Positions 24,900 to 37,990 of a stretch of 64,000 nt of DNA are shown here, in pieces. The first letter of the stretch is position 1. Each line of letters opens with the position of its first letter. Under the pieces are notes generated by a model, which was not told the origin of the DNA, ran no database searches, and worked only from the letters and a program-made list of their open reading frames with translations. The translations under genes were made by a program, and so were the position numbers. Source of the stretch: Raillietiella orientalis (lineage: Eukaryota); contig JAYWIR010000003.1 of the NCBI GenBank assembly GCA_036172245.1, positions 7,254,001 through 7,318,000 on the forward strand, in the 5' to 3' direction.

Positions 24900-27450
24900 G
24901 GAAGCGAGGCGTTTCCAGGCGTCGCTTTTCTTGCAGACGGAGCTGCGTCCGAAGGAGCTCGGGACGGAAACCGAGGTCCCCAGCGGGTTCGCTGCTGCGG
25001 CTGCGAATGCCCCTGGCGCGGTGAAGGGCGTCAGGACGGAGAACTTTCTCGGAGACCGCTGGAGACTTGGATGCTTGGGACGACCACTCCGCCCCAGAGA
25101 GCGCCGGATCTGCGCCGAGGGAGAGAGAGGGGAGACGGGGAAACAAACAGAGCTTCAGGCTCGACGTCTTGCGACCCCAAAACGAACCCTAGCGAGGCAA
25201 TCTCATGGCAATGAATTCACGGTTGCAGGGGGGGAGGCCTGCGTAATTGGACCACGTGAATGGATCCCGCGTTCGAACGAGTACCGTTTCGAAATGCTTC
25301 GAAATGCTGGCCGGGGCGGCTCAAATTTCAAGAACCAACTCTTGGGTCAGCGAGCAGCCCTTCGGCAGAGAGTGGGGAGCAGTGAGGAAAATCGGGTTAA
25401 GGAGGTTTTCAAGCATCTGGAGAAAACCGCGAGGGTGCGGCGAGGAATCCTCCCCTGCCCTCCCCTCCGCCCTCACCGTGTACACGTGCCCTGCTTTCTG
25501 TTGCAAGACAGTGTCACTTAGTCACTTGCACACTATTGCAGAGACGGTTCGTACTGGGAAAGTGCACGCGTGCACCTGGACCAGCGTGCTCAGGACGCGA
25601 ACTCAAGAGGAGCAGGGAAGGGATAGAGCGAAGGCAGATGCAGAACTGCAGTCTGCAGCACTCGGGACTCATCTGCTCGCTCCTTTTTGCATAAAGTCCA
25701 TCGTGGGGCCACCGCCCGAATGCATGTGCTACTGCCGGCGATGGAAGTAGGTACTTTCGGTAAAACGTAGCTGTTTCCAAAGCGACGGCCACGAAGTGAG
25801 GCATTTGGAGGTGAGACGACGGCTCTTTTAACCAGGCAAAGAAAGAAGTTTGCGGTCTGACAGAGTTTCGAGGGTGCTGCACGAACAAGTGCAAGCATGT
25901 GCTGGAAGCATCAAGAAGAGGGAAGATGAACTGAAGTGGTGTTGGCGTTATGTGGTGCCAGGAAGGTTTGCGGAAGACCCTGCGTCAAATGGGCGAAAAG
26001 GCACGGCGCACGTCATGCTCGGGACGGTCTTGCAGAGGAACCGAAGCGAGGAAGACTGCCCTGCACGTGAGGAAGGTCTTCTTGGACCATTTTCGAGAAA
26101 CGATCCTCTTACGGACAATGTTACCAAACGGTTCAGAGGCCCGTCGAGGAATTCCTGAAACGCGTTCTCGGCGAGCCTTCGAGGAAGATGTTTCAGTGAA
26201 GGTGCAACTTTTCGCGCTCAGTTCCCACTAACAACCTTTTTCTAGCTGTGAAATGCTGTCTCTGAATCCGACATGATAGAGGGAGGCTGCAGCAGGAGGT
26301 GCTCAGCGAAACGGAAGTCGGGGAGTGCTTTCAAGTAGTCCACCAGCGAGGTGTTGACGACAGTCGTCATCCGTCAAGGGAGACAACGGGATGATGAACG
26401 CCACGTACGACATCTTTGAAATTGGACGCAAAGCTGTGGCATCTTCCAGCAGCCAAGAAATCATTATGCGGGTTTTCGAAGAACACCACGGAAACTCTGC
26501 CCCAGGTGATTCCTTTGCTCATCCCTGAACAAGAGAGAGTCCAGTGGAATGTAGCTCGACAAAAAATTAGACGTATTTTGAGATCGGCCGCATCGTCTAC
26601 GGCTAGTGTGATCAAGCAAGGACGTCTACGAAGGACGTTGCAGATAACCGGAGGTAGGTTTCCAAGACAGCATCGCTGGCACCGACCTTAAGAGCAACCC
26701 ACTCTGACAAGAAGATAGGCACTGAAAAGGGGATGGATAGAGGACTGCCACCCTCCCTTCCCTGAAAACAGGAAGAGCTCTTCCCCCGGAACGAGGTGAC
26801 CTGACAAAGTCGGCAGCTGGAGATTATCTTAACAGCGAGTGGGTAAGACCAAGCCGGAGGCGAATCGACTGAGCAAGCCCATGCGCAGAGTGGTCATTCC
26901 CAAGCAACTTCTTGGAGTGGCAGAGGTTCCGAGTCCATCTGAAAAGCATGTGCGCTCCGTGTCGGCCTCCTGAAGTTGGAGCGCCTGGAGCGGCATCTCC
27001 AGTGAAGGTCACTTGCCCTAGTGGCGAAGTTTTGTAGCACAAACTGGTGAGATCCTGCACGATTCCTGGTCAAGCGAGCCACCGTCTACGCGGGACTGTC
27101 TTCGTTCCTGGCGCGGCGACGCAGACGCAACGCGGACTAGAGCTCCGGAAGGTGGCCAAGCTGACCAGAACTAACAACTGGATCTTCTGCCGGACGGCGA
27201 ACGGTAGTGCATGGTTCCTGGAAACCCTTCGCACATGGACCCAAAGGAAAGAAGCGAGCCCGAAGATGTGGCAGGGATGCTGCCCCCCTTCTATAACAAC
27301 CGCTCGCTGCAGGAAGTCATCGTGCAGTCCACCACGCGTGCGTGGGCAGAAAGGAGAGACCCCCCGGCACTGTCTTCCCTCAGGGAGCACCTGAGCAGTA
27401 GTAGCTGGCCAAATGAGAGGTCATTCGCGAAATAGGTCTTCGGACGAAGA
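24900..27450 (+). mobile_element. Decayed Ty3/Gypsy LTR-retrotransposon pol remnant
   Basis: Ordered motifs across frames: LLGQR (cf. LLGRD), PSWG...GDGS (~25700, cf. SEWASP...KDGS), RVVIPKQL (~26887, integrase Zn region), TVYAG (cf. VDFAG), PPFYNNRSLQEVIVQS (~27285, cf. PYHPASNGLAERAVQT). No LTRs identified. Confidence 0.5.
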
Positions 27451-27719
27451 AATCAGGTGGTTGGATCACGGACTAGTTCACGGACGCTGCTACCCCAAGT
27501 GCCCCATCGAAAGGACTAGTGCGCTGGGGTGAGCTGCTGAGAATCCCACAGGAAGACCTCGAGTGGCCCCCAGCACTGAAGAACAACCGGAATCCCCTTC
27601 TGAAATGGCAGGCGTCGGAACTTCTGCTGTTGCACTGAAGGCTCCCGTGAAACGCCCTCCGGTCTCTCTCACTCCGGGGGCTGTGGACCCCAATTGCTGC
27701 AGCTGCAGTGAACGGGAAT

Positions 27720-28223
27720 CCACCTTGCGCCCGGGATGTGATGAAGCGTCTCTTCGTGAGGGATGCGCTTTCGCATGCGGCAGCCTTAGCAATCCTTTGC
27801 TGTCTGCGTGGGATTGTAGCGGCCTGGAGCTACGTGAGACGAGGATGGCACGATAGGGATGCCATCTACTTCGCCCTGCGCTTCCTGCGGACGGCAGCAA
27901 GATGCCCCCATCCGGGGTATACTCGGATGGAACTTGCCGGCATCCTGGAAAGATGCAGAGGACGCCCTCCAGCATCCAGTGACCCATTCCCCAACTCTCC
28001 CAATTTTTTGTATATATTTTTTTGTTTATTTTTCAATTTTGTTTGTCCCTTCCCCTCTGCTGCCAAGGCGAACCTCACCGGTCTGCATGCCGGTTGCTCG
28101 GCAGGTTCTGAACATTTTCGGACATTGTAGGGCCAACGGCCCTACACCTGTATGTTTATTTTATAATGAACGCCTCGGAGCTACCGGACGTTTATCACCC
28201 GGAGCAACCGGGTGATAACGTCC
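27720..28223 (+). mobile_element. Tx1-like 3' fragment
   Basis: KRLFVRDALSHAAALAILCCLRGIVAAW...DRDAIYFALRFLRTAARCP...ELAGILER, followed by a T-rich tract and the 3' module at 28065-28223. Confidence 0.7.
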
Positions 28224-31200
28224 TGTACAATTCCTCGCAGGCGTATCTGGGAGAACGTAGAATTTCCCAAGGTGCCAACGAACTTTTCTAGTTCCCGAGA
28301 ATGAAGACGAAAACACGTCTTCCAATTCGAAAACGTGCCACCACACCTGGACGTAGCGAGGGCACCAGGGGGGCTGCAAACCACTACACGCTTGACACGA
28401 TGCGTTCTTTGGGGCTTTGCCTGATCGAACGCCACGCTGGAAAACGGCCATTGGAGTATCTTCTTGAACTGCTCACATACCAGCCGGATGGGTGCGTCGG
28501 GAGGTGGCGTAGAACAAGAGGAATGTCCTGAGTTCTCCGAAAGTCGGCGTGTGTCTGAAAAATTTTTTTGGAAGCCCGTGGATAGCTCAGGGAGCTTAAA
28601 AGCGAGTTCGAGAAAGAGAGGGTGTGGCCTCGGAAATCCAAGATCTTGTGGGACATCGCTGAAGGTGCAGACTGCCAAAGGGAAGAAGCAGTGAGTTTCT
28701 TGGGATCATAGTCTCCACAACGAGAAATAGAATGCGACAGTAGAAAGAAACCATTGGAAGATAGAGGGAGCGAATGTACTATCTGAGTTTTCATTCAGCG
28801 AACGGTCGAGCCTTTGGAATGGATTGCTCCTCGAAATGACTCTGTGCACAGCTGCAACGTTCCGGACCGATCCAGCGTGCGTAGCCACTGAGGCAAAGAA
28901 AGCTCAGGTTGAAGTCTGCAGTGTTTTTGCTAACCCTAAGAAGAAGTTCCCTATGTGGATCAGTAGAACAAACATTCAGGACTTCCGGAAGCTGTCCCGG
29001 ATATTTCCAGAACATTTTTTCGGTGAAGCATGCAGCAATGGAGCGCTCTTATCTTCTCGGATGAATGCAAGGGTACTTCAGATCACATCCTGCAAGCAGG
29101 ATAACCACGTCAGACATCTCCGAAAGCATCTCACTGACCCCGAGTTGGCCCACGCAGTTCCGCTTGTCCAAAACTGCTGTGCCCGAAGTGCACGCTGACC
29201 TGTTCTGAGACGGACCTTGCACGACCTCTTCAGCGAAGACTTTCGCTTCCGTTTTGTTCTGCTTCCCACTCTCTCTCGAGAGCTTCTTTGACAGCATCCC
29301 CATCATTGCCTGTCAACTCAATGAGATCGATGAAATGAAAAAAGGCCCTCCTCGAGGTTGTTTCCGGACCTCCTCACCGACATAAGGTGCCTTCACATGG
29401 TGGCTTTGCATCCTTAATCGAAAAATCACTGCTTCTCACGGCAATTACCTTTAGTCTTAAACACAGTAATTTCCTGATCACTGCTGTCCGTTTCCTCTGC
29501 TTAGGAAATTTGATCTGTTAAGGGGGAGGGGAGAAAAGAATTCCATTTACGAGCAGCCGTTTTGTTGAGGAGGATCGCAGCCTCCTTTCTCCTCTGACTC
29601 ATTTCTCTTGCTTTCAAGGTGCGTTTAGAAGGCATCTATTTCTCCTTTCGAAGGCAACGGGAAAGAGTTGTAACTGCCAAGAATTAAGATACCGCGGCAA
29701 TCAGTGAAATCGAAGTCGGGACCCGACGAATCCCTATTAGTGGGGCTCATTATTCGAGTTGAGTTTTATCTCAATGGGGTATGCTGTTCATAAAGTACAA
29801 GCGCTGCAATCCATTAGTAGTTTTTGGAATTCGTTCTTCTTATCTGCTAGATTGTGAAATGAATTCGAGATAGGGAAAACAATGAGCTCGAAGAAGAAGA
29901 AGAAGAAGAAGGAAAAAAAAAAAAAAGAAGAAAAAATGAGCAAAGCACAGCGAACTGATGATGCATTCTTTACCGCATTCCATATTTCTCACATGCCAGC
30001 TACCAATAAAAACGTCAGTAATAAATAAATACCGGAGCTTGCTGCGAGCAGCCACATATTGCCGCTGCACAAAAACTCTAAATCCTTCAGAATAAATCTT
30101 CCTGCAAGTTGTTTGAATCCGCTGCACACGCACACAAAAATCCTACGGAGCTGATAAGAAAAAATTGATCAGCTCCTTTGTGAAAAGTTTTTCGGGGAGA
30201 CCTTTCTAACGCACATCAGCGCAGGGAGCATTAATGCCCGTCCAGGGAAACGGCGGTTTCCGACTCACGTCTTCGTTCCTGCTGTCACCAATTTCTTAAA
30301 AACGTCGTGCCGAAGGTCCTTCCCGCCGGCGGAGATAATCTCTCCTTAGAAAGGGTTTGCTCTGTCGATGGGCTCCGCCAGTTTTGCATTTCAGCCTTTG
30401 TACATGGGCTGGTCTTTGTGTGGCCTCGAAGAAGCCCAGTGGCTCGCGCTGTTGGTTACCCACTCTTTGGATGGATGATTTTCCTCGACTTCAATAACGT
30501 GAAATGCTGCGTTATTAATCGCAAATGGAATCTCCACATCCTCCGTGGAGGTCCAACTTCTGCCCTATGCTGCTAAAGGGTTGGGCGCTCCTCTGGGATC
30601 AACCGGTCAGGCCGGACAGATTACAAAATGGGTATCCATCAGGCGCTTCGATCTCATTATAATAACTCTGGTCTGATATTGCTATTATTAATGCCAAAGC
30701 CGTGTAGCGATTCCTAAAGCATTTTTCCATATTTTCGTGAAACAAAAAAGAAACGAACCAAAGGGCCCGAGGTCTTTTATGCATGTCCCCTGTGAATGGA
30801 ACTTGCAAAGAACCTTCAAGAAGTGCGGAACGTCAACGATGGGAAAAAGATCGAAATGATAGCACAAAAGAAAAGAAAGAAAGAAAGAAAAAAAAAAAAA
30901 AAAAAGATCGCGAAGCTGGAGAGTTTCCTTTTTAAAGAATAAACAAGAACAGCACAAAATGCAGCACTTCGATTCGAAGAGAGTGAGTTTTTGGAAAAAA
31001 AATAGAGTTTCCAGGAAACTGATTGGGTTCGAAGTCGTAGCAAAGACAAGCAGCCAGCTGTCTGTCAACATTGCTCTTTCCGTCCGTAGATTATGAGCAT
31101 AGTAATCACTCAATGAGAAAGTAAAATCACTACTTCCAGATGTATTGATGCTTTCAGCACCGTTGGCAAACAGACAATGCTGACTTTGATCGAAATTTGA

Positions 31201-33040
31201 GAATTCATGCGTCCATCTTGGAACAGCATTGATAAACTATAAAGAAGATACGAGAAATAGTTCGAGGTGTGAGCTGTATAGCTGTAACGGGTTGCATGAT
31301 GTATCCTGCCATCAATTTCAATGAAAAAGAAATAGAAAATACTTCCATCAGATGGCTTCGTTGTTCAAATTCGGGCAGGGAAAGCAATTCGAGAAAAGGT
31401 GATTCTTCTAATACCTGCAAATGCAGATGTGAAAAACATTCAAACGCTGCATTTTTGCATGTGCAGCGTTGATTGGAAATTGTGATTTTTTCGGTTTGTT
31501 TTTCCACAGAAAAAATGCATGGCATTCGCAATGAGCTAAGATGAAATTTTTGAAGATCTGAACCTACGTTTAAAGGAGGGTGTGGTTCAACCTCAACAGA
31601 TAGAATTGCTCGTAGCAATAAACATAGTGCTCGTTCGCAAAATTCATGAACTATGGGCAACATGAAAAGTAAATAATTATCAGTATATCAATATGAAAGT
31701 TTGTCACATCCTATGCTAATATTCCCGAACTTATGCATCGAGGAAAACGCATAGTATTTTGCATTTTTATTTGAGTGCTTGTATATTCAAAAAAATTGCT
31801 TTCTACATATGATTTTCATTTTGGAACAGTTAGTATTGCTACTATACCTTTGGGACGAAAAGTGCATGCCATGTGTTATTGCAACATCGTAGGAAGCCAT
31901 AAACCAGGGAAGCACTTTTTCCCCACTATCAAGAAGGAACAAGGAAAGAGTCGCTGTTATGATAAGCTAGAATTCTTTGCTCATCTATTTTTTTTTTTCT
32001 AATTCGGCTTCCACGGAATCAGCGTCGTTCAACTTGAGGCCGTGACTTCCTAATAGCTCGCGATCGCCATAGTGTGCGTTTTTATACTGTGCCATTTGGC
32101 TTCTTTACAGAAATCAGGAAAAGTGCATCGTTCTGAATACATTCGAAATTCTGATCTTTGAATGCATATCAAAAATCAGTTGCTAGTTCGGAAAAGAGCA
32201 GAGCTTATGATTTGATTTGCGCGAAACTCCTTATTCCTTCTGGATGAATATTAAGAATTCATTTTCCCCTTCTTGCGGGTCGCACTAGATTGAAGCTTTT
32301 TTTTTTTTTTTTTTTTTTTTGCGCTCCAGCAATTGACAGCCCTGTCACGGCGAGGGGAGTTCCGGGATCCCCGTGGAACTCTTTTTTCCCTGCACTTCCT
32401 GTCAGTCGATCATGCAAATTCGTCATCGCTTTCTCTTTTTCGGGGCAGTGCTTTCGACGTGAAGGCTGGATGTCTCCTGTGCGTCACGGTATGGCGGGGC
32501 AGGGAGCTGTGAAAAATGCATCTGTGTTTTTGGAATTCGTGTCTAAGATGCATCTTTAATCACTCGCAGCAGATCTTTGATTTGTCAGTTGCACGATCAT
32601 GTTTGACAGCACCGTTACTTTCGGTGGGAGATGCTCCCCGAGCAGATGGAACAGGAAGGAAGCCTTTCAAGTGTCTTATCTGGCTGGTTGTTTCTAGAGT
32701 TTGACGTGTTTAAGATTCGTGGATCACGTATGAATTCATTCCTTTGGAAAAGTTGCACTTTTTGGGAAAACGGTGCATGCCTGTAATTGAAACGGGAAGA
32801 TGCAGATTCCTGATATTCAAAGTTAATGCTGTTTGTGGAGTGTATCTCGTACTTTGCAGCCTACTGCATAAGCATTTCTTTCTGTGATTATCAAATTCAG
32901 TTTCTGTGCTTCCATATGCATTACTGATCGGAAGGTTTTTGTACAGTATGGAAGTTCTCATACTTTCAGGTTCTACTTCTCATTAGCTTCTTGTTCTACA
33001 TTGTTGGGGCATGTTGAGGCCTCCAGTGACAGAATGGGGT

Positions 33041-33088
33041 CACTCAGAGGACTTTTTAATGCCCCAGCATTAAAAAGTCCTCTGAGTG
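33041..33088. repeat. Perfect 22-bp inverted repeat with 4-nt loop
   Basis: cactcagaggactttttaatgc-ccca-gcattaaaaagtcctctgagtg. Confidence 0.97.
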
Positions 33089-34739
33089 TGGGTTTTGATG
33101 CAGGTAAAAGTAATGCTGGTGGAGCACGAGTTGATTGGGTGGGCAGAAGTGAGTCCTCCAGCACACCATTATTTATGGATCCTTCATTCTTGCTTATTTG
33201 ACTGCATGGTAGACTCTTCTTGCAAAGGGGATGCAAGGATAGAATGATGGGTTTCTGATAACTAAACATGGAGGGAATGGTTGGTGATGGATTGTCTTTC
33301 ACAGCTGCATGAGCACGTATAGAATGTTGACCAGCAGTTACACCATCTGCTGTATCGAGGCATGACCAACTCATTTTATCCTCTGCATCTAGTAGAGGTT
33401 GACTATTTTGAATTGGTTCTGTGAATTGAGGTTTTTCCTACTTATTTAAATGGATTGCCTTCTCCAATAAGTTGATTGTCATAAATCATGAAGGGTTCCA
33501 ACTGGGTAATAATGAATAACCAGCCAACTCACCAGTATGTTTCCACCTTGCATCAGGTGTTACGTAACTGTTGCTTTTCAGTGGGACATTTATGGTATGA
33601 GCCATCAGTCTCTATTCACATCTCCCTTATACTTTAGAAATTTCTTGATTGAAATTATTTTATGTACATTTATTAGTAGATGCAGTTTTTGGAACCAATT
33701 TTTCTGTGAAATTGCTGATAGCATTCTCTAATCTTGGATGCATGCAGAGACAGGATGTTTTCTAAAAGAGGTCAGAACTCTGATTAGCTGGAAAAGTTGT
33801 TGTCTTCTATCATATTTGTAGTGTTTTAATTGGATTTTATGTAGATCTGGAAAAATAAAGCTGTGATAAGACAAAGTTCCGGATTCGAAAACTGTTGATC
33901 GGAACAAAACTCTGATTAGCTATCCCCAAGATCTGAAAGAAAGCATTTCACTGTGATGCAGTTATGTCTCATACTCGGGTGGTGATGCCTCATTAGATGC
34001 TGCTCCTTGAAGGAATGGACCATACCTTAGTGATTCCATTTGGTACCGGGGGACAGCTAGAGTAATACATTGGTCACAGGACGAATTTTGAATGTTTCAT
34101 ACTTTCGTGAGGTTTGTTTAGAATGATGCCTCATTACAAACAGATAAATAAAAAGAAAAGCAAGAAAAAATGGCTTTGGAAAAGATCTAATTGGGACTAT
34201 GCCGGAGTTTTCGAGTTTGTCAGAATGAGTGCAACCACGTTTGGAGTGGAAAGCCGTCCTTATTCTGGGTGCTGCAAGAGAAAGTTGCCTGAAATCTTGA
34301 TGTAACGTGAAGGGATCTGGAAGTACAAACAGTGATCCTTAAGTAAACAAGAAACTGGATGTTGCAACATCCCACTGATACACTAGGGAGGTTTCCTTGA
34401 GCTTTTTCGAAATGGCGAGTAGTTGGTGTGACTGCTCCTAATAGTTACCAGTGATTAACTTGTGAACTGCAGTTCTCTGAAGTGCGACACCAAGTGCGAC
34501 CGTTGTTTTGTGAAGGACACGAACGAACACCGTTTCCCCCCCCCCCCCCCCCCCCTCTCTCTCACCGTCACCGGTTTTTGTTCACCACACTTCAACACCG
34601 TTAGCACCTATACTATGGGTGCTCTTCCCCGCTTTTCCTTCCGTGTTTCCCATGTCAAGCCTCGATGCATTTTTCGGTTGGCTTTACTGAGAGATACACC
34701 AATAGGATTCGTCATGGGCAGAATTCATTCAAAAGTATG

Positions 34740-34744
<5 letters not shown>

Positions 34745-34777
<33 letters not shown>
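34745..34777. repeat. (AT)n microsatellite, ~16 units
   Basis: Direct reading of the sequence. Confidence 0.95.
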
Positions 34778-34779
<2 letters not shown>

Positions 34780-35099
34780 GCTAAAACTGGGAATATTTCC
34801 AATAAACTTCTCCGCATTGCTCCTGCGCTTTGTGCTTTTTTTCCGTTCTACTGTCTGTGACGTATTCTGTTCGAAAACAAATTCGATGGTACGTATATAT
34901 CAGTTTTACCTTTAGTTTCCTCTAGAACTATGACCAATGACCCTTACTTTCACTGTCGTACAAGAAATTTCATGTTCACAGTTATACGAAGTACACTGCA
35001 TGTACACTTTTCCTTTTGTTTCAACCATTGGAACGCACAACTTTTCATGTCACGAGATGGGAGTTCAGCGACACTGCAAGTGTGTTAGCTGCCTGCCAC

Positions 35100-36250
35100 A
35101 GCATCACAACCACTACTTTGGAACAGATGTGGGCTAACCATTAAGAGCTTCATCCACTGTCGCCATCGTCGATGCTCTGAGGTAACCATACCATGCGACT
35201 CGGACACTGTCCAGATCGGTCGATTCCAGCGAGCGTCCTCGAAACATGCCACTGCCCGTCTACCGGCCGCGTGGACGCCCTCTGAGTGATCTGTGCTCGT
35301 TTGTGGTGCTCTTTGTGAGCTGCATGCGGTCAGTCGTCCCATGTTGTTGCCGTCACCTTTGCTTTCTCGATGTCGGTCACCTCTGCCAGTTGACCGGGCG
35401 TTCTTGAGCCCCATACTTCCTTCTTCCTGAGGTCGGCAGAGAAATTGAGCCGGTCAAGATCTGTATCGAACTCTCGCTCCGGCACGGGAGAGCTTCGCTG
35501 ACGTTTAATTTCTTCCATGATTCTGGAATCGTTGGAGAGAAGAGCACTTTGTGCAGCATCTTTAGGAGCGGTCTCCATTCCAGTGATCTCCCCATTCCAA
35601 GAACGCGGAAGCGGAGCAGTAGTACTTGCGAGCCTCGTGGGACTCCTGCGGGACCTTTTGATGCATTGATTCCGAAATGCTAGATCACGGGTTTCCAATA
35701 GCAACCTTCAGTCTTGCTCTTGGAAGCTTCACTTCTCGAGCGGTGCGTCGAAGCGAGAAGCTCCTCTTCATAGATGCAGTTGCTCCTTGCTTCTCCCATC
35801 TTTCCTCTTCTCCGGTTTCACATTTCGATCATGGTTGTTTGGCAGCAGTTACTAGTCATGGAAGATAGGGAGCCGTAGGTCCAGGGTGAGCACCGTTGCT
35901 GGCCGATCTCTATAGTTCTGTGAGCCCTCGGAGTGACAGGCACCGCACCGTTTCCTTGCTTCACATGGAGAGTATCAGGCACGAGAAACCCTCTCCTTGT
36001 TCCCCTTTTCGTGCTCATTCTATTCCTCGTTCCTGTCGTTGACGGTAATAAAGAAGTGGACGTCGTCTAACACACTCCTAGCTGAGAGGTGCAGAACTGT
36101 TCCATAAATTCAGTTTTCTCCAGGATTCTCCCCGGCATTCCACGGTTTGCGCTGTCGAAAGCCTTCGTCTTGATGACGCCGCAGTCACCTTTATCTTCGT
36201 AGGTGTGCCAGATCAACCGTGGCTCATTCGGTGTTCTCTTTCCTGTCTCT
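35100..36250 (-). mobile_element. Decayed RTE-like non-LTR retrotransposon (RT to 3' end)
   Basis: KAFDSANR (~36170-36145), SPWTYGS (~35880, cf. PVLTYG.ETW), EVTDIEKAK...W (~35380, cf. KVTDI...KW.WAGH), DARW (cf. P..RW.D). Confidence 0.5.
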
Positions 36251-37019
36251 CCAGAGCTGCCTCAACAGGAGCTACCGCTTTGTGCGTCGACCCTAGACTC
36301 TTCCCGTCACCGGGCGTCAGTATTCGGACCCCGGCTCACGTAATCCCTGCTAAAGTGAGGATGCTCCCTCGGGGTAGCTCGTTCCTCATGTTCACCTTCA
36401 ACGGTCCGGGAAAGGGCGACGGCGGCGGGCATGCGCCGAAGATGTCCTCTCGCCAACGCGCTCCCGTGAGTCGCCGCCTTCCCCAAACATTTGAACTGAT
36501 TTCGCATCTACTCGAAGGCTCTTCTCCACGCGAATGTCATCCGCCTGCGCTTGCGCCCGAGCTGCCTCCGAGGTGCGCAGTTCATCTCCTCTGAGTTGGT
36601 GCGCAGCCGCTTCGAATTTCGCAACCGTGCCATGGAGGGAGAGGCTTCCCATGCTCCAAAACCAGTCTCTTCAGCACGCACACTCTGAAAGCACTTAGGT
36701 GCCGCGCCATCTCAGCTCCCTAGGTTTGGGAGTCACAGTGCTCCCTGCTGGCGTTTCCCTGGAGCGAGTATGCGGGAAGACTGTCCTGAGCACGGAGGCG
36801 ACCGTCCGAGGCAACTTCCGCCTGCCGCCGCTCAGTCGTTCGCGCTGCGCTGCGCGTCCAAGGGACATCCTCCCTCTGCGGGTCGGCAGGAGCCTGTTGC
36901 CCATTCCCTGGGCCGCATCCCAGGGAATGCGCCCTGAAGACCTTTGCTCCTGCGACCCTTTCCCAGCCATCCGTTGGAACCGGTGATGGAGGAAAGGACG
37001 GAGCCAAGTGATCAACCCT

Positions 37020-37990
37020 CTCCGCCACGCCCGTTGCCGCAGCGTTGTCTGCCCTCAGGGCAAAGGATGACTGCCTGAAGGTGGGAGTTCTCCTGCACCA
37101 CTGCAGGAGAGACCAAATTCCTCGGAGGCTGGAAGGCGCGCGAGTTGGCGGATGTCGCCACTCCTCGGTCTCTGGCGCAGGGGGTGGGGGGAGTCAGCTG
37201 CTGAGTACACGCTTCGACAAAGACTCCTGGCCCCTCCCTTTTGTAAAGAACACCACGGATGCTTCCGGTGAAGGAGGAAGCTGATGTTTCTTCTGCACTG
37301 GGGTTTCCGGTGCAACCAGGGTCGGAACCTCGTCTCTGGGGTAGCTGCGTTGCCGAACCATGCCGGGGGCGATCCTGCACGTGGTATGAGGACTGCGGTG
37401 ACCTTCATGAACTATGGCAGAGGCTGACGTCAGCACCCCTGTCCTAAGAGGACACCGCCCGGTTCTTTGCTCGCGGCGCACTCTCGGTCCCTTGCAGAGA
37501 TGGAGACGGTGTGCTGCGTCCGTGCCATCGTCACGACCCGTCTTGTCTTGCAGGCCCTCAGGCGCAGCTAAGGGAGGTTACCCGCACGGCAGCCGCCTGC
37601 AAGGGGACTGCTACGAGGTGGCCTCAGCTGGAGGAAGAAGCCAAGACGGAAATCGCCGGCACCCCGCCCCGGCTCTAAAAAGAAGGAACGGCCGACATCG
37701 GTAGTCCCTATCTCCACCCACGCCTTATTTATTTATTTATTGTCCCTTCCCACCCGTTCCGGATGGTTTGCTTTTTTTCTATAGGGAACGCGACTAGCCC
37801 GTGTCCCCACACCCTCCCCATTCTTTCATTCATATGCTGTCCCCTCCTTCGCGTTTCCTACTTTTAAATGTCCTGACCCTACCTGCGTGCTCAGTGGGCC
37901 CTTTCCTTGAAGTCCTTTTGCCTTCGGTTGGGAAAACTCAGCTCCCGACTGGTCTATTTATTATTATTATTAAATAATGCCCTACGGTCC
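37020..37990 (+). mobile_element. Diverged Tx1-like 3' fragment
   Basis: SCVAEPCRGRSCTWYEDCGDLHELWQRL resembles the zf-RVT region. Followed by a pyrimidine tract and the end taaataatgccc at ~37971-37982. Confidence 0.35.

Noticed and set aside
31205..31663. 152-aa ATG-initiated ORF in AT-rich DNA
   Set aside because: No recognisable domain and no consistent splice partners. It cannot be supported from the sequence alone.
33006..33030. C-TGA-G ending suggesting a selenoprotein (GAC-U-GLQ)
   Set aside because: The nearby hairpin lacks the SECIS ATGA/GA quartet and apical AA, and the exon itself is unconfirmed.
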